Part shown: piece by piece, positions 9,386 to 16,199 of the stretch
How the letters are laid out: each line of letters begins with the position of its first letter
How positions within the stretch are numbered: the stretch's first letter is position 1
Assembly (NCBI GenBank): GCA_034435315.1
Contig: DAOTYB010000194.1
Coordinates: 1-42,038, forward strand
DNA length: 42,038 bases
Direction of reading: 5' to 3'
DNA from: Anaerolineae bacterium
GTDB lineage: Bacteria > Chloroflexota > Anaerolineae > UBA4142
Made by a program: the position numbers and the translations under genes
Notes under the pieces: model-generated
What the model was told of the DNA's origin: nothing
The model's input: the letters and a program-made list of their open reading frames with translations, nothing else
The model's database searches: none

Positions 9386-9571
9386 AACAGGGAGATGAGT
9401 GGGGTTGTCTCTTTGGGGTGAAAGATTTTTCACCCGTACAACGACGAAATTCAGGCTCAACCATCGGCTTGCGTTAGTCGTCGGTCGCTAACTGACAGCG
9501 AGCGATGCCGGGACTTGTCCCTGGTGGTATTATGCTCTAAATTGCCTGCAAACGCAAGTACCTTTGTCCTA

Positions 9572-9600
9572 TTGCCATTGCAAGCGGGATGTGATTAAAT
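9572..9600 (+). promoter_or_regulatory. Candidate sigma70-type promoter of the Ubl-system operon
   Basis: TTGCCA, 17 nt spacer, TTAAAT, with TG one base upstream of the -10 (extended -10 like). Predicted by eye only. Confidence 0.35.
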
Positions 9601-9610
9601 GCGTCCAGAT

Positions 9611-9637
9611 TGGTATTCTGGTCAGACCAGAATACCA
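9611..9637. promoter_or_regulatory. Perfect 27-nt palindrome (13+1+13), candidate GntR/FadR-type operator
   Basis: TGGTATTCTGGTC A GACCAGAATACCA. The core CTGGTcaGACCAG resembles FadR-type operators (TGGT-N-ACCA class). Ends 14 nt upstream of the ATG of the GntR-wHTH::E1 gene. Confidence 0.6.
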
Positions 9638-9650
9638 CAGGAAAGATGCG

Positions 9651-11318
9651 ATGAGAATTGATCCTGTCGAAAAAAGTACGCTGGCACAATCTGTGGCAGA
9701 ACGCCTTTTGCGTTTGATTGCTGATGGGACTTGTAAGCCCGGCGAAAAAATGCCGTCCGAACGCGAGTTGATGGAACGCCTTCAGGTAGCGCGTTCCACC
9801 GTGCGTGAAGCACTGCAAGCGCTTGCGGCGTCTCACGTCGTCGAGATTCGTCCCGGCGTCGGTACGTTTGTGCGCGAAAATGCGCGCGATCTGATTCCCG
9901 TTGCACTCGAAAGTTTGCGTAACCCGCGCGCAGTTGCAGCATCACGGAGTACATCGGGCGATGGCTCGGAACGCGTACAGGGCGCGGGGGTGAGTCCTTT
10001 GCCGCCTCCACCAGACAAACCGTTGCACATTCCGAATCTCAAAAAAGATCGGCTGGGGACGTTCGAGTTTATTTCGTGGTGGGAACGCAGCAAAGTTCAA
10101 GCCGCGCGTGTGATGGTGGTAGGCGCGGGCGCACTCGGTAACGAGGTGTTAAAAAATCTTGCTTTGATGGGCGTGGGCAACCTGTTCATCGTGGACTTTG
10201 ATACCATCGAAGCCGCCAATCTGAGTCGCTCGGTATTGTTCCGCGCCGAAGACAATGGCAAGAAAAAAGCCGAGGTTGCCGCGCGCCGCGTCAAAGAACT
10301 GAATCCCGATGTGCATGTTCAATATTTTCATGGCGATGTGAATGTTGCACTGGGGCTGGGCATCTTTCGTCGAATGGATGTGATTATCGGATGTCTCGAT
10401 AATCGCGAAGCGCGCCTGTCTATCAATCGCTTTGCGTATCGGTTGAACAAACCGTGGGTGGATGGTGCAATTCAAGAACTCTTTGGCTTGATGCGCGTGT
10501 TCGTCCCCGGGGAAGGAGCGTGCTACGAATGCACACTCACTGAACAAGCGCGCCGCGAAATGTCGTTGCGATACTCGTGCCCCCTGCTGGCGCGGCAAAA
10601 TATCTTGCTGGGCAAAGTGCCGACCACGCCAACCATCTCGGCGATTATTGCGGGACTGCAATCGCAAGAGGCGTTGAAACTCATTCACGGTATGCCGGTG
10701 CAGGCAGGCTATGTGACGCACGTCAACGGTTTGATCAACGAGTTTCACACCACTGCCTACACGCCCGATGAAAATTGTGAGAGTCATTGGATTTACGGAG
10801 ACATTACCGAGTTGCCGAACATCAAAGCCGCGACGACAACAGCAGCGGAACTCTTGCGTATCGCGCGCGAACAACTGGGTCCCGACGCGCTGATTGAACT
10901 CGATCAGGAAATCGTGACCCATCTGGAATGTCATCGTTGCGAAACGCGTACCGCGGTGTACAAACCCATCTCGCAGGTAAGTTACAACGAGGGATTGTGT
11001 CCCGGCTGTGGCGAGTTGCGCGAGGTGCAGATGGCGCACGTCATCACCGGCGATGAGCCGTTTCTGCACCGGACCCTTTTGGCGCTGGGGATTCCGCCGC
11101 TCCACATCGTGCGTGTGCGTAACGAGCACGAGTATCGCTTTTTGGAATTGACCGGCGATCTAGCCGAAACGTTGCACTGGTCGCACTTTGAGGGCGGCGC
11201 GCGTTCAGCGCATGCCGCGCGAGTGCGCTTGCATCCACGTCCGCGCATCAAACTGGGTGAGGTGGTTCAGGTGAACGCGCCGGTCGAACCCAAGCGTCCA
11301 CGAATCGTCGTGCATTAA
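9651..11318 (+). CDS. GntR-family winged-HTH fused to an E1-like (ThiF/MoeB/UBA-type) adenylating enzyme
   Basis: N-terminus LAQSVAERLLRLIADGTCKPGEKMPSERELMERLQVARSTVREALQALAASHVVEIRPGVGTFV is a GntR wHTH. A P/S-rich linker follows, then the Rossmann motif VMVVGAGALGNEVLKNLALMGVGNLFIVDFDTIEAANLSRS, plus CYEC, CHRC and CPGC zinc-type pairs. Start moved from 9564 to ATG 9651. Confidence 0.85.
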   Translation: MRIDPVEKSTLAQSVAERLLRLIADGTCKPGEKMPSERELMERLQVARSTVREALQALAASHVVEIRPGVGTFVRENARDLIPVALESLRNPRAVAASRSTSGDGSERVQGAGVSPLPPPPDKPLHIPNLKKDRLGTFEFISWWERSKVQAARVMVVGAGALGNEVLKNLALMGVGNLFIVDFDTIEAANLSRSVLFRAEDNGKKKAEVAARRVKELNPDVHVQYFHGDVNVALGLGIFRRMDVIIGCLDNREARLSINRFAYRLNKPWVDGAIQELFGLMRVFVPGEGACYECTLTEQARREMSLRYSCPLLARQNILLGKVPTTPTISAIIAGLQSQEALKLIHGMPVQAGYVTHVNGLINEFHTTAYTPDENCESHWIYGDITELPNIKAATTTAAELLRIAREQLGPDALIELDQEIVTHLECHRCETRTAVYKPISQVSYNEGLCPGCGELREVQMAHVITGDEPFLHRTLLALGIPPLHIVRVRNEHEYRFLELTGDLAETLHWSHFEGGARSAHAARVRLHPRPRIKLGEVVQVNAPVEPKRPRIVVH

Positions 11319-11345
11319 AGCGTTTGCTTTCAGCGAGCCGAAGGA

Positions 11346-12197
11346 ATGACGAGTGAATTTTCCAACCGCTGGCAGTTCCGTATCGGTTTTCTGTTGAGCG
11401 CGTTTTCGGGATTTGCCTGGGGGCTTGTACTGGGCTGGGCGCTGGTACGCCTGAACGCCTATCTCTCGGCGTGGCTCACGCTGGGTGTCACGTTGCCGCT
11501 GTTGTTCTGGGGGAGTCTGCTCGCCGGGCTGGGGTTCAACGTGATGTTGCCGCGCTGGCACAAACTGGTGCGCTGGCTGGTCGCCATTCCCATCCTCAGC
11601 GCGGGAAGTTTGTGGGGTATCCTGTGGGCGCTGATTGCCGATGGGATGGACCCTGTCAACCTGATTCGCTCGACGGGCTGGACGCTCTGGCAGTTGGAAG
11701 GGGTAGTGATGCTCGTGGGCTTGCTGGGTGGCATCTATCCGCGCTGGACCCTTCCCTTCTTGCGCCTGCTGGGACATCTGGCGCGTGGAGCGCTGGCTGT
11801 GCCGCTGCACCTGCTCCAGCGTCTGGGCGATGGCGTGTTGTGGCTGCCCCGCCAAATGCTGCGCGCCCTCGCACACGCGCGGGATAACGTGCGAGCCTTG
11901 GTGCCGATGCTTCCTGCGCTGCCATCGTGGAGTGGTCCCGCGTCAACATCGTCTCCCGCGCGCCCACGGACGCGTCGAGTCAAGCCAGCCCAGCCCAGAC
12001 CGGTGCACAATCGCAACAATGATTCGAACGGCGCGCGCATTGTCGCGCACATCGAGGATCGCTGTCCGTATTGCCTGGATGTGATCAAACCAAACGACCC
12101 GCGCGGTGTACGCGTGTGTGAGGTGTGTCACACACCGCATCACGCCGATTGCTGGGCAATCGCGGGCAAATGTCAGATGCCCCATTTGAATCTCTAG
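11346..12197 (+). CDS. Polytopic (about 4 TM) membrane protein with a C-terminal RING-like binuclear zinc finger (Prok-RING-like; candidate E3)
   Basis: Four hydrophobic helices in aa 10-130 and a P/S/R-rich linker. C-terminal pattern is C240-x2-C243-x14-C258-x2-C261-x3-H265-x3-C269-W-x5-C276-x3-H280 (CPYC...CEVCHTPHHADCWAIAGKCQMPH). Confidence 0.75.
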   Translation: MTSEFSNRWQFRIGFLLSAFSGFAWGLVLGWALVRLNAYLSAWLTLGVTLPLLFWGSLLAGLGFNVMLPRWHKLVRWLVAIPILSAGSLWGILWALIADGMDPVNLIRSTGWTLWQLEGVVMLVGLLGGIYPRWTLPFLRLLGHLARGALAVPLHLLQRLGDGVLWLPRQMLRALAHARDNVRALVPMLPALPSWSGPASTSSPARPRTRRVKPAQPRPVHNRNNDSNGARIVAHIEDRCPYCLDVIKPNDPRGVRVCEVCHTPHHADCWAIAGKCQMPHLNL

Positions 12198-12211
12198 TTC
12201 ACGGAGGATGT

Positions 12212-13069
12212 ATGGCGGACTTGAGTGTAACGCTAGTGTTGCCAACCGGTGGCGCGCGCACGGCGGAGGTGCCGGACGACGTGCCGGTGCGCGAATTGTT
12301 ACCCGAACTCGTTTCCGTACTCGAATTGCCGACCACGGGACCCGACGGCCGCCCAATGGGCTATCGGCTGGATAGCAAAGCCCTGGGGCGAGAACTGCGT
12401 GAGAATGAAACGCTGGCAGCCGCCGGTGTGCCGGCGAACGATCGGCTGATGATTACAGCGGACGTTACGGCGGGCGCGCCGACCGCGCTGGTGAATGCCA
12501 GTCCGCGCTTTCGCCGCCTCAAAGCCGATTACGAAAAAATGCTGGAACTCAAAGCGCATAGCGACATTATTGACTTTGAGGTGGTGGATGTCAAACCCGG
12601 TTTTCCACCCGAAAAGTACATCGTGACGTTCAAATGCAAAAGTATCATCGGCATTGATGCGGCGGGTAATCCCAAATTCGGCGACAAACATCAAGTAGCA
12701 ATTTACTTGCATAACGAATACCCCCATCGCTGGCCCGGTTTGAAATGGCTCACGCCCATCTGGCATCCTAACATCAAAGGGTCGAACGGCAGTGTGTGCA
12801 TTGATGCGGCGTGGTGGACGGCGGCACGCTCACTCGATCGCCTGGTGATTATGCTGGGCGAAATGGCACAGTGGAAAAATTTTCATGATGATCCGACCAA
12901 GCCGCCGTTCCCCTGGGACCTCGAAGCCGCCAAGTGGAGTATGAACTATCGCAAGAAACATCCCGACTTTTTTCCAGTGGACAAGCGTGAACTCTTGCGC
13001 CCCGAACGGGTCAAACTCAAAACCGCGCCGACCACAGCCAAATCCAAACCCAAAATCAAGTTGAAATGA
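12212..13069 (+). CDS. Ubiquitin-like domain fused to a canonical UBC-fold E2 (HPN motif + catalytic Cys)
   Basis: GGAGG SD 4 nt upstream of ATG 12212. Residues 1-88 are 81 percent identical to the free Ubl and end in the same TADVTAG. The E2 core is YPHRWPGLKWLTPIWHPNIKGSNGSVCID (Cys196 codon at 12797-12799) plus an N-terminal RFRRLKADYEKMLEL helix. Confidence 0.88.
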   Translation: MADLSVTLVLPTGGARTAEVPDDVPVRELLPELVSVLELPTTGPDGRPMGYRLDSKALGRELRENETLAAAGVPANDRLMITADVTAGAPTALVNASPRFRRLKADYEKMLELKAHSDIIDFEVVDVKPGFPPEKYIVTFKCKSIIGIDAAGNPKFGDKHQVAIYLHNEYPHRWPGLKWLTPIWHPNIKGSNGSVCIDAAWWTAARSLDRLVIMLGEMAQWKNFHDDPTKPPFPWDLEAAKWSMNYRKKHPDFFPVDKRELLRPERVKLKTAPTTAKSKPKIKLK

Positions 13070-13115
13070 TTTCGACCATACGGTCGTAATCGAAAAATCC
13101 AAACGGAGGTGCCCA

Positions 13116-13382
13116 ATGGCAGACGTGCCTGTAACGCTGGTTCTTCCGGCCGGTGGCTCGCGTACCGCCGAAGTACCCAACGATGTACCCATCAAGGACT
13201 TGTTGCCCGAACTCACTTCATCCTTGCAACTCCCCACCACGGGACCCGATGGCCGTCCGATGAGTTATCGGATTGACAGCAAGGCATTGGGGCGTGAACT
13301 GCGCGAGGATGAAACGCTCGAATCCGCCGGCGTGCCCGCAAACGATCGGCTGATGCTGACAGCGGATGTGACCGCCGGCTAG
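13116..13382 (+). CDS. Free ubiquitin-like (beta-grasp type) protein, 88 aa, ending in Gly
   Basis: GGAGG SD 6 nt upstream. Sequence MADVPVTLVLPAGGSRTAEVPNDVPIKDLLPELTSSLQLPTTGPDGRPMSYRIDSKALGRELREDETLESAGVPANDRLMLTADVTAG then stop. Paralog of the N-terminal domain of the E2 fusion. Confidence 0.85.
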   Translation: MADVPVTLVLPAGGSRTAEVPNDVPIKDLLPELTSSLQLPTTGPDGRPMSYRIDSKALGRELREDETLESAGVPANDRLMLTADVTAG

Positions 13383-13395
13383 CGTTCGCGCGATG

Positions 13396-13422
13396 GTAGC
13401 ACAGGACGCTCTCCTGTGCTAC
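13396..13422 (+). other. Intercistronic 11-bp perfect hairpin immediately after the Ubl gene (no U-tract)
   Basis: gtagcacagga-cgctc-tcctgtgctac. Confidence 0.7.
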
Positions 13423-13447
13423 AGCGTATCCCCTGGGGGTTGGGCAA

Positions 13448-14566
13448 ATGTCATCGGCTGGGGTAGCCGCCACACCTTTTCACGCGCTGGCGATCGTCGC
13501 ATCACACAACGCCGATGCCGCGCCGATGCTGTACGAACTACAGAGTGAATCCACGACCATCGGCTCGGCAGAGGATAACGCGATCGTTCTGGTGGATGCC
13601 AGCATTGCGCCGCATCACTGCACCGTGCGTCGTCAAGGCGAGTCCGTGTATCTTCTGGTGGATGTGGGCGAACGTCTGCGCGCGCGCGCGGATACGTGGG
13701 ACACCGCACTTCCCGGCGACACCTATTGGTGTCCCCGTCACGGCAAGGTGGAACAACTGGATGCGCGCCGGTGGTGTGCCCAGTGCAAACGTCGGCGCGG
13801 TTCGTTGTGGTTGATGCGTCCACTCCACCCGGGCGATACGTTCGAGATTGGCGCGGCGTTTCGGGCGACCTATGTGGTGCACGAGCGCGAGGGAGAAGCG
13901 CACGATGCGTCTTCTCCGTTATCGCACCCGTTAGCCCCTGCCCCAGCGCGCTCCATCTCACTCATACCAGCCGAAACGTCTTTGCCGGTGCGTCCCCCGC
14001 CGCGCGACGACTCGAATGTATGGTGCTGGCAACCTGAAGGCGTACCCTTTCCCATCTACTTGCACCAGCGCGTCAATCTCCACGTCACGCAGCATGCGCG
14101 CCAGAATATGGATCGCGAAGTTGGGGGTGTTTTACTCGGCGAGGTGGGGCTGGATGAGCAGGGGCAAATGTACGTCTATGTGACGCACGCTATCAAAGCC
14201 GAGTTCACCACCGAAGCGCGCGGACACCTCACCTTTTCTCATCGCACCTGGTTGCAGATTCATTCGATTCACCAGACGTTGTATCCCGACAGACTGATTG
14301 TCGGATGGTATCACACGCATCCGGGGTGGACGATTTTTCTCTCGCCGTGGGATTTGTTCATCCATCGAAATTTTTTCAAACAGCCCTGGCAGATTGCGCT
14401 TGTGATTGATCCGACGCTGGATCGCGCCGGCTTTTTCGTGTGGAAGGACAATCAAATCGCCAGTCCGCATCAGCCGATTGCTCCCTTTCGTCTGGCAGAA
14501 CTCGACTACTGGATGGAACTATTCAAACCGCGCGTGCGCGTCAAACTGACCGATACGGCGCGCTGA
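13448..14566 (+). CDS. FHA-like domain (with Cys/His insert) fused to a JAMM/MPN+ metalloprotease (candidate deconjugating/processing enzyme 1)
   Basis: FHA-like STTIGSAEDNAIVLVDASIAPHHCTV...VYLLVDVG ... GDTFEIG with insert WCPRHGKVEQLDARRWCAQCKRRRG. JAMM motifs are REVGGVLLGEV and GWYHTHPGWTIFLSPWD (HxHx7Sx2D). Confidence 0.85.
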   Translation: MSSAGVAATPFHALAIVASHNADAAPMLYELQSESTTIGSAEDNAIVLVDASIAPHHCTVRRQGESVYLLVDVGERLRARADTWDTALPGDTYWCPRHGKVEQLDARRWCAQCKRRRGSLWLMRPLHPGDTFEIGAAFRATYVVHEREGEAHDASSPLSHPLAPAPARSISLIPAETSLPVRPPPRDDSNVWCWQPEGVPFPIYLHQRVNLHVTQHARQNMDREVGGVLLGEVGLDEQGQMYVYVTHAIKAEFTTEARGHLTFSHRTWLQIHSIHQTLYPDRLIVGWYHTHPGWTIFLSPWDLFIHRNFFKQPWQIALVIDPTLDRAGFFVWKDNQIASPHQPIAPFRLAELDYWMELFKPRVRVKLTDTAR

Positions 14567-14580
14567 TAGAAGGAGGTAAA

Positions 14581-15231
14581 GTGTTGCGGGTCAAACTAGG
14601 AGGCACTGTACCCAGCCCCATCATCGAACGACCGATGCCACTGGCTCAAGCGTTGCAGTGGGTCTCGCCGTACGAGGCGGAGGTGGCAGCGCAGGTGCGC
14701 ATCTTTTTCACGCAATCCGCTTATCGCCGTTGTGCGGAACATACGCAAAGCGATTTGGACCACGAAGTGGGAGGCGCGCTCGTGGGCGAGGTATGTTACG
14801 ACGCGCTCTATGCGCAGACGTACATCGTGATTCAAGACATCCTCCCCGCTCTCTTTGCGCGCGCGGGCGAAACGCATCTGACCTTTACACAGGACACGCT
14901 GGTTGATTTCAATAACCAACTGGAGGCGCGTTTTCCGGACAAACGGATTGTGGGATGGTATCACACGCATCCGCGTCTGGGAGTGTTCTTATCGGGATAC
15001 GATACTTTTTTGCATCGGCATTTTTTTCCTGACCCGAATCAAGTAGCACTCGTCATTGATCCGGCGGCACAGCAGGCGGGCTTTTTTTGCTGGCAACGTG
15101 ACGCCTCGCTCGATCCGCGGCGCTATGTCGGTTTCTATGAGGTGAGCGATCTGGACGAGTACAGCATCGTCGAGTGGGAGAATCTCACACCAGCGGTCTC
15201 GGTGCAGACGCCAGAAAGTGAGGCACAATGA
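14581..15231 (+). CDS. Stand-alone JAMM/MPN+ metalloprotease (candidate deconjugating/processing enzyme 2)
   Basis: AGGAGG at 14571-14576, then GTG 14581 (ATG 14635 is an alternative). Motifs HEVGGALVGEV and GWYHTHPRLGVFLSGYD. Clear paralog of the C-terminal half of the previous gene. Confidence 0.85.
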   Translation: MLRVKLGGTVPSPIIERPMPLAQALQWVSPYEAEVAAQVRIFFTQSAYRRCAEHTQSDLDHEVGGALVGEVCYDALYAQTYIVIQDILPALFARAGETHLTFTQDTLVDFNNQLEARFPDKRIVGWYHTHPRLGVFLSGYDTFLHRHFFPDPNQVALVIDPAAQQAGFFCWQRDASLDPRRYVGFYEVSDLDEYSIVEWENLTPAVSVQTPESEAQ

Positions 15232-16088
15232 GTTTACGAATGCGGGCGTACTATTACGCGATTCTGGGCGCGATCGGCGCGCTCATTGGTGGACGTATCG
15301 GCGATACGATTGGTTTTGTGCACGGGATGAATGTGTATGTGAGTGATGTCATCCTCGGCGCGATTCTGGGGTTGAGTATCGGTGTGTTGATTGGTGCCAG
15401 CGAGGGTTTGCTGGAGCGCTCGTGGTATCGCACGCTGCGCGCCGCTCTGGTGGCGGGCAGCATTGGCATGGTGGCAGGCGCGGTGGGCTTGCCCATCGGC
15501 GAGTTGGTGTTTCAACTCTCCGGCGGCGAACTCGTTGGACGTGCGCTGGGGTGGGCGCTGTTCGGTTTGCTGATTGGCTGGTCGGAAGGCTACATCACCG
15601 GAGCACAGGCGTGGAAAGGCGCGCTGGGCGGCGTGGTGGGGGGAACCATCGGCGGGGTCATTTTGTTTCTCCTGCAATCTCTCTTCGGTGCCTCGGAGTT
15701 GGGCAAGATTCTGGGCTTGAGCGTGTTGGGCGCGGCGGTGGGTGCGTTCATTGCCTTGATTGTGGTGATCCTCTCGCGCGCGTGGCTCGAAGTCAAAACG
15801 GGTAAACTCAAAGGCAATGAATTCATCCTCGACAAATTCTTGCCCACACACGGACCCGCCGCGATTATCGGCAGTAACGATTTCAAAGCGGACATTGCAC
15901 TCCCCGACCCGGCGATTGCACCCCAACATGCGCGCTTGAAAGGCGCGGGCACACACTTTGTGATTGAGGATATGAGTGTGGGCAAAGGAACGTTCGTGAA
16001 TGGTCGCAAAGTGGAAACAGCGCGCTTGACGAACAACGCGGTCATTCGTCTGGGCAACACCGAGTTGGTGTACCACGAGCGACGTTAA
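15228..16088 (+). CDS. Gly-rich polytopic membrane protein with a C-terminal FHA domain
   Basis: ATGA start/stop overlap with the upstream JAMM gene. N-terminal glycine-zipper-like helices. C-terminus AIIGSNDFKADIALPDPAIAPQHARLKGAGTHFVIEDMSVGKGTFVNGRKVETARLTNNAVIRLGNTELVY. Confidence 0.85.
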   Translation: MSLRMRAYYYAILGAIGALIGGRIGDTIGFVHGMNVYVSDVILGAILGLSIGVLIGASEGLLERSWYRTLRAALVAGSIGMVAGAVGLPIGELVFQLSGGELVGRALGWALFGLLIGWSEGYITGAQAWKGALGGVVGGTIGGVILFLLQSLFGASELGKILGLSVLGAAVGAFIALIVVILSRAWLEVKTGKLKGNEFILDKFLPTHGPAAIIGSNDFKADIALPDPAIAPQHARLKGAGTHFVIEDMSVGKGTFVNGRKVETARLTNNAVIRLGNTELVYHERR

Positions 16089-16184
16089 GCGATTGCCGAT
16101 TTTCGATTTGCGATTTGCGATTTTCACTGGAAGCCGCGATCGGCAATTGGCAATCGCACATCGGCAATCGGCAATCGCAAATCG
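16089..16184. repeat. Inverted heptamer arrays (CGATTTG-like x5, 12-nt spacer, AATCGSM-like x6-7), hairpin-capable
   Basis: gcgattgccgattttcgatttgcgatttgcgattttc ... gatcggcaattggcaatcgcacatcggcaatcggcaatcgcaaatcg read directly. Located between the FHA and vWA genes. Confidence 0.9.
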
Positions 16185-16199
16185 ACAGCAGGGGGTCGT

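Noticed and set aside
9237-9464. Short ORFs giving PLPLIPPPHAAERRGEGARGWG-type peptides. Similar cases: 41632-41937 and 41704-41922.
   Set aside because: They are translations of the GC-rich palindromic repeat modules. The same peptide appears on both strands and in several copies.
9564-9650. The ORF-track start at 9564 for the E1 gene, and likewise 12125 for the Ubl::E2 gene, 14440 for JAMM-2, 17411 for the TolB-like gene, 29459 for the CarH-like gene and 32279 for the SDR-DUF2867 gene.
   Set aside because: The upstream extensions overlap the preceding gene or regulatory DNA and add non-protein-like sequence. Internal starts with SD sequences that coincide with domain N-termini were preferred.
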